A stretch of 64,000 bases of DNA from Hemiscyllium ocellatum. Lineage: Eukaryota. This document shows, one piece after another, positions 33,401-48,400 of the stretch. The DNA is taken from positions 36,047,090 through 36,111,089 of the forward strand of contig NC_083435.1 in the NCBI RefSeq assembly GCF_020745735.1. Direction: 5' to 3'. The notes under the pieces were generated by a model. It saw nothing but the letters and a program-made list of their open reading frames with translations, was not told the DNA's origin and searched no databases. The position numbers were made by a program, and so were the translations under genes. Within the stretch, counting starts at the first letter, position 1; each line of letters begins with the position of its first letter.

Positions 33401-36400
33401 AATCTGGGCCCATGTCTGGTGCTGAAGCCTGGAATACAAGCAAATCTTCTTGTAATTCTGGTGAGATTATTCTGGAGTGAAATCGATGAGTACTTCACCA
33501 ATAACAGGGCTGTGGGAATCTGGAATCCCCAAAAGGCTCTGGAAGCTTGGGATTCAGAGACTCTTTCAAACTTAGAATTGTAATCTTTAACTCAGTGAGA
33601 CCAACATTGACATATCAACACAGGGAACAAGGTGGGTAGTTGCAAACAAGGAAGTGAAAAAGTGTCCTCGAAATGGTTTCATCTATCACGTGTATATACA
33701 CACGGAGNNNNNNNNNNNNNNNNNNNNNNNNNNNNNNNNNNNNNNNNNNNNNNNNNNNNNNNNNNNNNNNNNNNNNNNNNNNNNNNNNNNNNNNNNNNNN
33801 NNNNNNNNNNNNNNNNNNNNNNNNNNNNNNNNNNNNNNNNNNNNNNNNNNNNNNNNNNNNNNNNNNNNNNNNNNNNNNNNNNNNNNNNNNNNNNNNNNNN
33901 NNNNNNNNNNNNNNNNNNNNNNNNNNNNNNNNNNNNNNNNNNNNNNNNNNNNNNNNNNNNNNNNNNNNNNNNNNNNNNNNNNNNNNNNNNNNNNNNNNNN
34001 NNNNNNNNNNNNNNNNNNNNNNNNNNNNNNNNNNNNNNNNNNNNNNNNNNNNNNNNNNNNNNNNNNNNNNNNNNNNNNNNNNNNNNNNNNNNNNNNNNNN
34101 NNNNNNNNNNNNNNNNNNNNNNNNNNNNNNNNNNNNNNNNNNNNNNNNNNNNNNNNNNNNNNNNNNNNNNNNNNNNNNNNNNNNNNNNNNNNNNNNNNNN
34201 NNNNNNNNNNNNNNNNNNNNNNNCACTGATAGAGCTTGCCCTCTGCCAGGCTGCTGTGTTCAATTTGACAGGAGTATTGATCCTCATCCCCAGCATTGAT
34301 CTCAATCTCTTTCTGGATCTGATGGGTCCCATCGTGGTTTGGTCGAACCCCTGAGGATTGGGTCCCAGACATGACCTCTCCATTCCTTAGCCAGGTCACC
34401 TCGATGTCTACAGGATAAAACCCAGTGACCAGGCAGGAGAGAGTGAGCGGCTTGTCCTGACCATTGGGCTCCCTCCTGGAGATGAACACTTCAGGCTGAA
34501 CTGTGATGGGAAAGGGGGAAAACACAAACAATAGACAGACACTGAATGGAATGGGAGAACGGTTTCATAGATCAGTGAGGTTAGATCAGAACAAAACAGA
34601 AATACACACCTTCCCTTGTGAAATATTCCTTTCCAGCTTTTAGATAGCTCTTTAAAGATTTAACATATCCTTCTTCCAGGTGTCTTTTCCAGTAGTAGTT
34701 CCAGGAATTATCAGAATCCCATTTCTCCTTAGTCATCACTGCAATGGGATTGGATGCGATCCATCTCATTCTGTCTTGTTCTAAACTGATAAAGTCCTTT
34801 CCATCAAATCCAAATCTCATCGATCTCTTAATGCTGCCGTCATCACTGATCTCAACAGCAATTATCTGTTGAAAAATGTGAACTCCTGTTGGTGATCAAA
34901 CAGTCATAGATAATTAATAATAAATTTTACCAGTGGAACAATCTGATCAAAGGGGAATGGGGATCCTCTATCAGGCCCCAGGGAGAGGGGGTTACACATG
35001 GTGCTAATCCCCAGGGCCTGTGCTCTCAGAGGGTCTCAGACTCAGGCAGTACTGCCCCTTTTTCCAGTGGCTGCCTCACACCTCAACCTGAAGCAGATAA
35101 GGACAGGTTCTCTGATCCAGGTCAGAATTCCAGCGCTCATATTCCCACTGTCTGGGAATGACAGGCCCATTCCTTGTGGTCATGTGTTTCGATCACAGGC
35201 TGCATTCTGGGGGATATAGTCTGTGATTGTCTGTGACCACTCTGTCAGCCTCCCACAGGCACTGGCCCACGATCGGACTCGGTATCATATTTACAAGGAC
35301 ACTTTCCCTGTATGGGGCTGTGAAATCTAGGTGTGGTGGAACTGAGATGAAGGTAGAATATAGAATATAAATATTACCGCGCAGTACAGTCCCTTCAGCC
35401 CTCGATGTTATGCCAAGCTGTGAAACCAATCTGAAGCCCACCTAACCAACACAATTCCGTTCTCGTACATATGTCTCTCCCTTGACCATTTAAATGCGCT
35501 TAAAGTTGGGTAGTCGACTACTATTCCACGTCCCTACTACTCTCTGAGTAAAGAAACTACGTATGATATCCATCCTATATTTGTCACCCCTTCTGTTAGC
35601 CATCACCAACTGAGGAAAAAGGCTCTCATTGTCCAGTCTATTTAACTCTCTGATTACTTGGATATCTCAATTAAGTCGCCTGTCAATCCTCTTCTCTCCA
35701 ATGAAAACAGCTTCAGTTCCCTCAGCCTTTCCTTGTAAGACCTTCCCTCCATAACAAGCAACATCCTCGTAAATTTCCTCTGAAACCTTTCCAAGTTTCC
35801 ACATCCTTCCTATAATGCGGTGACCAGAACTGTACACAATCCTCCAACTGCAGCCACACCAGAGTTTTGTACAGCTGCAGCATGACTTCATGGTTCTAAA
35901 ACTCAATCCCACTACTAATAAAAGCTAACACACCGTATGCTTTCTTAACAACCTTATCCAACCTGGGTGACAACTTTCAGGGACCTATGCACATGGATAC
36001 CAAGATCTGGCAGCTCGTCTATATTACCAAGAAGCCTTCCATTTGCCCAGAACTCTGCATTCCTGCTGCTCCTTTCAAAGTGAATCACCTCACACTTTTC
36101 CACATTAAACTCCATTTGCCACCTCTCAGCCCAGCCCTGCATCTTATCTATAGTCCCTCTGTAACCTGCAACATTCTTCTGCACTATCCACACCTCTACC
36201 GATGAGCGTAATCCACATATTTACTAACCCATCCTTCTATTTATTAAAATGACAAACAGCAGTGGACCCAAAACAAATCCTTGCTGTATACCACTAGTAA
36301 CTGAACTCTAGGGTGAATGTTTCCCATCAACCACCACCCTCTGTCTTCTTTAGCTAGCCAATTTCAGTTCCAAATTGCTAAATCACCCTCAATTCTATGC

Positions 36401-39400
36401 CACCAGATTTTGTGCAATACCATACCGTGGGGAACCGTATCAAACCCCTTACTGAAATCCATATACTCCACATCAACCACTTTACCCTCGTCCACCTGTT
36501 TGGTCACTTTCTCAAAGAGGTTTGTGAGGCACGAACTACCCTTCACAAAACCGTGTTGAATATCCCTAATCAACTTATTCCTTTCAAGATAATTATCTCT
36601 TATAACACTTTCCAACACTTTACCCACAACAGAAGTAAGGCTCACTGGTCTATAATTACCAGGGCTGTCTCTGTTCCCCTTCTTGAATAAGGGGGACAAC
36701 ATTTGCTATTCTTCAGTCTTCTGGCACTATTCCTGTAGACAATGATGACATAAAGATCAAAGCCAAAGACTCGGCAATCTCCTCCCTGGCTTCCCAGAGA
36801 ATCCTATGATAAATCCTATCTCACCCGTGAAGCTTATAGAGTTTTACACTTCCCAGAATTACAACACCTCCTCCTTGTGAACCTCAATCCCATCTAGTCT
36901 AGTAGCCTTTATCTCAGTATTCTCCACGACAACATTGTCTTTTTCTTGTGTGAATACTGACAAAAAATATTCATTTAGCACTTTCCCTATCTCTTCTGAC
37001 TCCACGCACAACTTCCCATTACTCTCCTTGATTGGCCCTGATCTTACTTGAGTGTCATTCTTTTATTCCTGATATACTGATTGAAAACTTTAGGGTTTCC
37101 GGGATCCTATCTGCCAATGACTTCTCATGTTCCCTCCTGGCTTTTCTTAACTCTTTCTGTAGTCTTTCCTGGCTAACTTGTAATTCTCAAGTGTCTTAAC
37201 GGAGCCTTCAAGTCTCATCCTAACATAAGCCTTCTTCTTCCTCTTGCCAAGAGATTCAACTTCTTCTGTAAACCACAGCTCCTACGTTCAACAAGTTCCT
37301 CCCTGCCTGGCAGGTACATACTTACCAAGGACCTGCAGTAGCTGTTCCTTGAATATTTCAATTGTGCCCAACCCCTGCAGTTTCCTTCCTTATCTTTTGC
37401 ATCCAAAATCTTGCCCAATTGCATTATAATTGCCCTTCCCCCAGCTATAACTCTTGCTCTTCGGTGTGTACCTATCTCTTTCCATCAATAAAGTAAACAT
37501 AACTGAATTGTGGTCACTATCATCTGGTTGGGTTCATTACCCAGTACCAAATCTAATGTGGCCATGCCCCTTGTTGCCCTGTCGACATAATGTGTCAGGA
37601 AGCCCTCTTGCACACATTGGACACAAAATGACCCATTTAACGTGCTTATTGTTGTATTCCAAGCCAATATTTGGAAAGTTAAATGTCCCCGTAACAACTA
37701 CACTCGCTCCTATTGAGAATCATTATCCTTTCCTCTACATCTCTGGAACTATTCAGAGGCCTATAGAAAACAGCGTGACCACTCCTCAGTACTACCTCAG
37801 TAGACGGGTCTTCAAACATCCTTTCTGCTGCCACAATACTGTCCTTGACTAACAATGCCACACTTGCCCCTCTTTACCATCTTCACTGTTCTTACTGAAA
37901 CATCAAAATCCCAGAACCTGTAACACCCATTCCTGTCCCTGCTCTAGCCATGTCTCTGAAATGGCCACAACATCGAAGTTCCAGGTACCAACCCATGCTG
38001 CAAGGTCACCCACCATATTCCGTATGATGCTGGTGTTGAAATAGTCACACTTCTAACCAACTTCTTGTTTGCTGATGCCCTCTTCAAACCTTAGTTCAGA
38101 TCTCACGACTCTCAAACTCCTGTATACTCGAACTACAATTTGAGTTCACATCCCCCTCCTGAATTAGTTTAAACCCTCCCAAAGAGCATTAGCAAATTTC
38201 CCCCCCCCCCCCATGATACTGGTACCCCTCTGGTTCAGGTGAAAAGAATCCTGTTTGTAGAGGTCGCACTACCCCAGAAAGAACCCCAATTATCCAGGTG
38301 TAGGAAACGCTCCCTCCTGTGCACCATCCCTATAGCCATGTGTTCAACCCCTGTCTCTCTCCCTATTTCTCACCTCGCTAGTACGTGGCACAGGCAACTA
38401 ACCAGAGATAACAACTCTGTCCAATCTCTAAGCTTGCACCCTAACTCCCTGAATTTCTTCCTTAAATTCCCATCTCTCTTCCTACCTATGTCATTTGGTG
38501 CCTATGTGGACCACAACTTGGGGATGCTCCACCTCATCCTCAAGGATCCTGAAAACACAATCTGAGACGGCATGAACCCTGGCACCTGGGAGGCAATATA
38601 CCAACTGCGAGTGTCTCTCACTCCCACAAAACCTCCTGTTTGTCCCCTTAACTACAGAGTGTCCAATGACTAATGGTCTGCTCCTTGTCCCCCTTCCCTT
38701 TCTGAGCAATAGGGACAGACTCTTTGCCAGAGACCTGTGCCCCATTGCTTACCCCTGGTAGATCTCTTTAAGTTACTTCCTATGTGTATTCATTGCTTTC
38801 TGTCAGTTTTATAAATGATTTGGATGTGCAAATAGGTGGGAATGGTTAGTAATGTTTCGTTTGCAGATGACACCAAAACAGGAAATGTAGTGGGCAGTGA
38901 AGAAGGTTGTCTCAGAGTACGTTGGGACCTTGATCAGATGGGCTGAGAAGTGGCAGATGGAGATTAATTTAGATAAAAGTGAGGTGTTGCATTTTGGGTA
39001 AATCATAGCAGCATTTATACAGTTAATGGTAGGGTGCTGGGGAGTGTTACCAAACAAACAGACCTTGGAGTGTAGAGTCATAGTTCCTGAAGGTGGAGTT
39101 ACAGATTGACAGGATAGTGAAGAAGGTGTTTGGTCTACTTGCCTTTATTGGTCAGTGGATTGAGGACAGGAGTTGGGCTATCATGTTGCAGCTGTACAGG
39201 ACATTAATTCAGTCATTTTCCGAATGCTATGTTAAATTCTGAACTTACTGCTATAGGAAACATGAAAGGGTTCAGAAAAGATTTACAAGGTTTGGAGCTA
39301 TAGGGAGAGACTGAATAGGCTGGGGCTATTTTTCCTGAAGTGTTGAAGGCTGAGGGATGACCTTTTAGAAGTTTATAAAACCATCCTATCTGTTGTGAAA

Positions 39401-42400
39401 CTTGAAAGGGTTCAGAAAAGATTTACATGGATGTTGCCAGGCTTGGAGGATCTGAGCTACAGGGAGAGGCTGAACAGGCTAGGGCTGTTTTCCCTGGAGC
39501 GTCGGAGGCTGAGAGGTAACCTTATAGATGTTTACAAAATTATGAGGGGCATGAATAGGATAAATAGGCAAAATCTGTTCCCTGGGGTAGGGGAGTCCAG
39601 AACTAGAGGGCATAGGTTGAGGGTGAGAGGGGAAAGATATAAAAGAGACCTAAGGGGCAACTTTTTCGTGCAGAGGATAGTGCACGTATGGAATGAGCTG
39701 CCAGAGGAAGTGACAGAGGCTGGTACAATTGCAACATTTAAGAGGCATTTGGATGGGTATATGAATAGGAAGGATTTGGAGGGATATGGGCCGGGTGCTG
39801 TCAAGTGGAACTAGACTGGGTTGGGATTAGTGGTCGGCATGGAACGATTGGACCGAAGGATCTGTTTCTGTGCTGTACCTCTCTATGACCCTATGAGGGG
39901 CATAGATAAAGTGAATAGCCAAGTTCTTTTTCCCAGAGTAGGGGAGTCTGAAACTAAAGGGCAGAGATTGAATGTGAGAGGGAAAAGATTTAAAAGGGAA
40001 CTAAGAGGCAACTTTTTCGTGCAGAGGATGGTGCAAGTATGGAATGAGCTGCCACAGGAAGTGACAGAGGCTGGTACAATTACAGCATTTAAAAGGCATC
40101 AGGATGGGCTTATAATAGGATGGGTTAAGAAGGATGTGGGCTCAATGCTGGCAAATGGGACTTCGATCAGTTTAGGGTTTCTGGTCTTCGTAGACAAGTT
40201 GGACTAAGGGTCTGTTTCTCCACTGTACAACTCTATGAATCTACCTTCTGTCCAATTTCCTCTAATTATTGTAATGTTTTTAACATTGATCTAATTGTTT
40301 AATCGATTCCTCACAAATTAAGCAGAATGAGTTGGCCTCTTTTGAGGCAGTTGTGGTTTTAATGACAACAAGTAATATATTCCAGTGCTACACTTGGTAA
40401 GCTGCTTTCAAACACATTCCCAGTTAATTCTAGTAACATGGGAGTTCAGAGGGAGAGTGGGCAAGTCAGCCTTTGAGTCCACTCCACCATTTAACATGAC
40501 CATGACTGATCTTATCCTGGTCTCACCTCCACCTTCCTGCCTGCTCCCATCCCCCTTTATCCTGCTTTCCATCAGACACATAGCCATTTCTTTCCTGAAT
40601 TTGTTGATTGGTTCTCCCCCACTCTGGGTCAGTGAGTTCCACAGATTCACAACCCTCTGAAAGAGGGAGTTTCTTCTCATCTCAGTATTGAACCAACCCC
40701 CTCTCTCTACATCTATGACCTCTTGTTCGAGACTGTCCCACAAGGGGAATGTCCAATAAACATCAATCTTATCAATCCCCTTTAGCATTTTATATTCCTC
40801 AATTAGATCCTCCTTCATTCCTCTGATCTCCAGTGAGTCCAGGCCTAAGTTATTCAATTGCTTCTCGTACAATAACCCTTTCATCCCTGGAACCAGCCTG
40901 GTGAACCTCCTCTGAACTGCTTGCAATGTCACCACATCCTCCCTTAGGTAAGGAGACCACAACTGGACATCATTCTTCAGGTGTGGACTCACCAATGCCT
41001 TATATAACTGTAACAACACTTCTTTGCAATAAATGCCAGTATTCCATTTGCCTTTCTTATTATATGCTGCACTTGCATATCCATTTTCTGCAATTCATGT
41101 CCCAAGACACCCAGATCCCTCTGCACTGACACACTGTGAATCTGCTTCCCAGTGCAATAACAATTTGTCTTTTCAGTATCCAGCCAAATGAACAACCCCA
41201 CACTTATTCACATTAAACTCCACCTGTCAGAGTCTAGCCCATTCTCCTAGCCAATATCCATCTGGAAACTTATTATCTCCTCATCATAGCCTGGTTTCCC
41301 ACCAATATTAGTATTATCCATGAGTTTGACTATGATACAGTCTATCCCTGCTTGCTGATCATTTATACAGATTGTAATTAATTGAAGTCTGAGAACTGAA
41401 CCATGCAGCACAAGATTAGTTACAGTTCATCACCCAGAGAAGGACCCATTTTTCCTGATCCCCTGTTTTCTGTAAGTTAGCCAATCCTTTACCTAAATCA
41501 ATCCGCTCCCTTATAACTCCCATAGGACCTGACCATCAGGATTAGTCTTTTATTTGGCACCTTGTCAAATGTCTTCTGGAAGTCTAGATAAACCACATCC
41601 ACTGGGCATCGGTGAATCGAGCTTCAATTATCTCAATGTTCAGTTATCTCCTCCCTTATGATTGGCTTCAGCAGCTTCCCCACGACAAAGTTCAAACTAA
41701 CTGGTCTACAGTTTCCCACTTTGTGCCTATCTCCTATTTGAATAAGGGTATCACGTTAACATATTTCCAAGTCACTGGTATCTTTCCAGAATTCCAGGGA
41801 TTTTTGGAATATCTCAACTAATGCATCCGTTATCTCTGTTGACAAATCCTTTTATACCTCTGGGTGCAGGCCATCAGACCCTGGGGAATTATCTGCCTTT
41901 AATCCCATCAGTTTATGTAATACCTTCTCCCCAGTTACAGCAATTGCACCAAGTTCCTTGATAGTAACTGCAGTTTTTGGGAGGACAGTGCTACCTTACA
42001 CTGTGACAACAGAGACATTTCTGTTATTCCTGAATACCTGTCGCAAAGTTTTTACTACAGTTGTTATGGGGGATTTCAACATGCAGGTAGACTGGGAGAA
42101 TCAGAATCATCCTGGACCCCAAGAAAGAGAGTTTGTGGAGTACCTCCGAGATGGATTCTTAGAACAGCTTGTACTGGAACCTACAAGGGAAAAGGCAATT
42201 CTGGATCTGGTTTTGTGCAATGAACCGGATTTGATCAGGGACCTCGAAGTGAAGGAATTATAAGGAAGTAGTGACCATAATATGATAAGTTTTAATCTGC
42301 AATTTGAGAGGGAGAAGGGAGAATCGGACGTTTCAGTATTACAGTTGAACAAAGGGAACTATGGAGCTCTGACGGAGGAGCTGGCCAAAGTTCAATGGCT

Positions 42401-45400
42401 CAATACCCTAGCAGGGATAGCAGTGGAACAACAATGGCAGGTACTTCCTGCAGAAAGTGCAGGATCAGTTCATTCCAAAAAGGAAGGAAGATCCTAAGGG
42501 GAGGCAGAGAGGGCCATGGCTGACGAGGGAAGTTAAGGGAAGATAAAAGAGAAGAAGTATAACATAGCAAAGATAAACAGTAAGCTGGAGGACTGGGAAA
42601 TGTTTAAAAAGCAACTGAGGATAACTAAAAACGCAATACGCAGAGAAAAAAATGAGGGATGAAGGCAAACTGGCCAAAAATATAAAGGAGGATAGTAAAA
42701 GCTTTTTTAGGTATGTGGAAGAAAAAAAATGGTTAAGATTAACATTTGGCCCTTAAAGACAGAAATGGGTGAATTCATTATGGGGAACAAGGAAATGGCA
42801 GAAGAGTTGAATGGTACTTTGGATCTGTCCTCACTGGGGAAGACACAAGCAATGTCCCAGATGTAATAGTGGCTGAAGGACCGAGGGTAATGGATGAACT
42901 GAAGGGAATTTATATTGGGCAGGAAATGGTGTTGGAGAGACTGTTAGGTCTGAAGGCTGATAAGTCCACAGGACCTGATGGTCTTCATCCCAGGGTACTT
43001 AAGGAGGTGGCTCTAGAAATCATGGACGCATTGGTAATCATTTTCCAATGTTCTATAGATTTAGGATCAGTTCCTGCAGATTGGAGGGTGGCTAATGTCG
43101 TCCCACTTTTCAAGAAAGGAGGGAGAGAGAAAACAGGGAATTATAGACTTGTTAGCCTGATGTCAGTGGTAGGAAAGATGCTGGAGTCAATTATAAAAGA
43201 TGAAATTATGACTTATTTGGATAGCAGTGACAGGATAGGTCAGAGACAGCATGGATTTATGAAGGAGAAATTGTGCTTGACTAATTTTCTGGAATTTTTT
43301 GAGGATGTAACCATGAAGATGGACAAGGGAGAGCCAGTGGATGTAGTGTACCTGAACTTTCAGAAAGCCTTTGATAAAGTCCCACATAGGAGATTAGTGA
43401 GCAAAATTAGGGCACATGATACTGGGGGCAAAATACTGACTTGGATTGAAAATTGGCTGGCTGACAGGAAGCAAAGAGTAATGATAAACGGGTCCCTTTC
43501 GGAATGGCAGGCGGTGACCAGTGGGGTACCACAAGGTTCGGTGCTGAGACTGCTGCTGTTTATGGTATACCTTAATAATATAGATGAAGGCACTAATATT
43601 AGCAATTTTGCTGATGACACAAAGCTGGGTGGCAGGGTGAAATGTGAGGAGGATGTTAGGAGAATACAGGGTGACTTGGACAGGCTAGGTGAGTGAACAG
43701 ATGCATGGCAGATGCAGTTTAATGTGGATAAATGTGTGGTTATCCACCTTGGTGGCAAGAACAGGAAGGCAGATTACTATCTAAATGGAGTCAAGTTAGG
43801 TAAAGGGGCAGTACAATGAGATCTGGGAGTTCTTGTGTATCAGTCAATGAAATCAAGCATGCAGATACAGCCGGCAACAATGAAGAAAGCTAATGGCATG
43901 CTGGCCTTCATAACAAGAGGAATTGAGTACAGGAGCAGAGAGGTCCTTCTGCAGCTGTACAAGGCCCTGGTGAGACTAAACCTGGAGAATTGCGTGCAGT
44001 TTTGGCCTCCAAATTTGAGCAAGAACATTCTGGCTATTGAGGGAGTGCAGCGTAGGTTCACGAGGTCAATTCCCAGAATGGCTGGACTATCTCATGTTGA
44101 AAGATTGGAGTGACTGGGCTTGTATACACTTGATGGTGAGAGAAGGTATACAAGAAGGATGAGAGGGGATCTGATTGAGATGTGTAAGATTATTAAAGGA
44201 TTGGTCACTCTGGAGGCAGGAAGCATCTTTCAGCTGATAGGTGAGTCCAGAGCCAGAGGGCAAAGTTTAAAAATAAGGGGTAGGTCATTTAGAACAGAGT
44301 TGAGGAGAAACTTCTTCACCCAGAGAGTGGGGGGGTGTATGGAATGCCCTCCCCCAGAAGGCAGTGGAGGCCAAGTCTCTGGATACTTTCAAGAAAGAGA
44401 TGGATAGAGAGATAGACAGTGGAATCAAGGGATATGGGGATAAGGCAGGAACAGGATACTGATTGTGGATGATCAGCCATGATCACAATGAATGGTGGTG
44501 CTGGCCTGAAGAATAAAATGCCCTACTCCAGCACTCATGTCTATTGATTATTGTCTATTGTCTATTGATTATTGTCTATTGACCCTGCTTCAGAACGTGC
44601 AGATCTTGAACCTGAAGCATTAACTCTCTTAACCAGTCTCTTTGTGGTTATGGGTCTGCTCGCTGAGCTGGGAAGTTGATTTGCAGACGGTTTGTCCCCT
44701 GTCTAGGTGACATCTTCAATGGTCTGGAGCCTCTTGTGAAGTGCTGCTGTACTGTGCCTTCTGGAATTTATTTGGTTCCTTTCCTGTTGCTTCTGGTTGC
44801 CAGTTCCGGTTGTTCATTATAGTGACCGGTATATTGGGTCTGGGTCAATGTCTAGTCTCTGGCTGTCCTCTGTTTAGCTTGTCCTATGATCTCAGTGTTA
44901 ATTCAGTCGAATTTGTGGTCCCTGTCATCAGTGAGTGTGGTTATCAGGGACAGTTGATCGTGGTGTTTAGTGGTTAGTTGGTGTTTATGGATGCTGATTG
45001 CTAGTTGTCTGCCTGTTTGTCCAATATAGTGTTTTGGACAGCCTTTGCATGGAATCCTGTAAATTACCTTAGTCTAGCACATGATGGGCGTGGGGTCTTT
45101 TGTCCTGATGAGTGATGTCTGAGTGTGCCTGTCAGTTTATGGACAGTAATGGATCCCAGTGGGTGGGGAAATCTGGCTGTTAGTCTGAGACGTTTTTTAT
45201 ATCAGGTAGGGCAGTTAGTGTGTTGGGTTGTGGCATGTCCTGGTCACATGGTTTGTCTGTTAGGCATCTGCGGATGAAGTTGTGGGGATATTCATTCTTG
45301 GTGAAGACTCTGCAGAGATGTTCTTCTTCTTCTTCCCTTCGTAGGCCGGGAGAGCTGCAGTGTCTTGTAGCTCTTTTGAACAAGGTCCTCATGCAACTTC

Positions 45401-48400
45401 TCTTGTGTGTGTTCGGGTGGTTGCTGTTGTAGTTCAGGACCTGGTCCATGTGTGAGGCTTTTCTGTACACTGTTGTGGTACATTCACCGCTCTGTATTCC
45501 TTCTACCGTCACATCCAGGAATGGGAGTTGGCTGTTGGTTTCCTCCTCTCCAGTACATTTGATCCCTATAACTCGGAGGTGCCGGTTTTGGACTGGGGTA
45601 GATAAAGTTAAAAAGCACACCACAACATGTTAGAGCCAAACAAATTCATTGGGAAGCACTAGCTTTCGAAAAGCTGCTTCTTCATCAGGTGGTTGAAGGA
45701 GCCCGATAAAGGAGCAGCGCTTCGAAAGCTCGTGCTTCCAAATAAACCTGTTTGACGATAACCTGGTGTTGTGTGATTTTTACCTTAATCCCTATGACCA
45801 GAGTCAATAATATAGTATGTGTTCTCTATATCTGTTCTCTTAATAACTACAAAAATGTTGTCAATGTATCTGATTCAGAGTTTGGGTTGAATTTATAGGA
45901 GAGCTGTTTGTTCCAGTTTTTGCATCACAGCTTGTGCTCTGAGCCCGGAGATGGGTGAGCACATAGGTGGCCCATTGACCTGTTCATGTATTTGTTGTTG
46001 AATGGAAAGTGTGTCCTCAAGCACAGGTCTAGTAGTGTGACCCTGCAGTCCTTGTTGGGAGGTTCCCTGTCATGTTGCCTGTTCTGTTTGTCCTGGAGGT
46101 TAGCTATTATCTCTCTGGCTAGGGTTTTGTCAATTACCTTGAACCATGTTCCATTGAATGAGACCATTGCTTCATCCTTATCCATGTTTATGTTCTTAAT
46201 GTTGTCTAGGAATCCCTGTGATGATTGTATGGAGTGTTTGGATCTGCTGAGAAGATGTTTCAGTTTTTGTTGGAGTTCTTTGGTGACACACAGAAAGAGA
46301 AAGGCGCTCCAAAACAAAATGACTAACCCACAGCAGAGAAGACAACATGACAGTTACCTGGGTGAGATTCATACGAAGACTGTATGAAACACTATATCAG
46401 ACAAACAGGCAGACAGCTAGCAATCCACATCCATGAACACCAACTAACCACTCAACACCACAACCAGCTGTCCCTGGTAGCCACACACACCGATGACAGG
46501 GACCACAAATTCAACTGGGACAACAACGATCATAGGACAAGCTAAACAGAGGACAGCCAGAGAAATTCTGGAAGCTTGGCACTCATTCACAGACTCAATC
46601 AACAAACACCTAGACCCTATACCGATCACGACAACGAACAACCGGAACCAGCAGGAATGGAATCAAAAAAATTCCAGAGGACACAGTACAGCAGCGCTTC
46701 ACAGGAGGCTCCAAAACACTGAAGATGTCAATGAGACAGGGGACAAAACATCTGCACATCAACGTCCCAGCTCGGCAAACATACCCATAACCACAGCAAC
46801 CTGCCCCCGAGCTATAAATCTTTACACAACCCTTGATTGACTCTCTTTCTCTCTCTTGATGGATGCTTCCTGGCCAGCTTTGAATTTCCAGCATTTTCTG
46901 TTTAAATTTCAGATTTCCAGCATCTGCGATACTTTCCTACCCTGTGATATGCTGCAGTGACATGTCTACTTTCGGGGTGCCTTAAGATTTAAAAGGATGT
47001 TGCCAGGGTTGGAGGATCTGAGCTACAGGGAGAGGCTGAACAGGCTGGGGCTGTTTTCCCTGGAGCGTCGGAGGCTGAGGGGTAACCTAATAGAGGTTTA
47101 CAAAATTATGAGGGGCATGGATAGGATAAAGAGACAAAGTCTGGGGTCGGGGAGTCTAGAACTAGAGGGCATAGGTTGAGAGTGAGAGGGGAAAGATATA
47201 AAAGAGACCTAAGGGGCAACTTTTGCAACAGAGGGTGGTACGGGTATGGAGTGAGTTGCCAGAGGATGTGGTGGAGGCTGGTACAATTGCAACATTTAAG
47301 AGGCATTTGGATGGGTATTTGAATAGGAAGGGTTTGGAGGGATATGGGCCGGGTGCTGGCAGGTGGGACTAGATTGGATTGGGATATCTGGTTGGCATGG
47401 ACGGATTGGACTGAAGGGTCTGTTTCTGTGTTGTACATCTCTAAGACTCTATGATTCTATGTTACTGCATAGGGCCAGGTTTGAAGAAACAGAGATACTT
47501 AGATAATAGGAAGAACCAAGTTGCGTGACATTGTCTGGTGTTAGGGCTCCCATGACTGAGTGGCACAAAATGGCTGCTGGCTGCCCATGGTTAATACAGG
47601 AGAACATGGCTGACAGTAGTTACAGCACTTCGGACAATGTTTGCTTCACGTAGCCTTCACATGTAGGACAATAGTAACTCTGTATAATCAAGGTTACTGA
47701 CTGAGAGAGAATGAGCAGCTGCAGTTGCTTTCTTAGATAAGAACATTTCACACTAATTAGTTGTCTCTCTTGAATCATTTAATCAATCTGTTACAACAGA
47801 AACATCAATCAGCCAGATCTTACCCGACGTCTGGTTTGACCTCTTCATTATTGTACTCAGAATTTCCTTCACCTTGTTTGCATGTATGTTCACCCGCTCT
47901 GTGATATAATCCCAGAAATTCATATCGAAGAATTCTGCCATGAACTGCTGCCTGGGAAAGCACCGTTGGGTTTTACTGTCACATGAACCGATGATAACTC
48001 CATTGACTGTTGCACTGTTTGTAACCTCAGGAAAATCCTTCAATTCAGCAACAATTGTGTAAATCACAGTGAATGCGTTAGTCTCTATAAAACAAACAAT
48101 AAAAGCAGGGAGTTACTCAACACCAACATAAACATCAAATTAATGTACCTGGGCTACAAAACTAGAGTCGCATCACAGACATCAGGGACAGTGGTTAGCA
48201 CTGCTGCCTCACAGCGCCTGAAGACCCGGGTTCAATTCCCGACTCAGGCGACTGACTGTGTGGAGTTTGCACGTCCTCCCCGTGTCTGCGTGGGTTTCCT
48301 CCGGGTGCTCCGGTTTCCTCCCACAGTCCAAAGATGTGCGGGTCAGGTGAATTGGCCATGCTAAATTGCCCGTAGTGTTAGGTAAGGGGTAATGTAGGGG

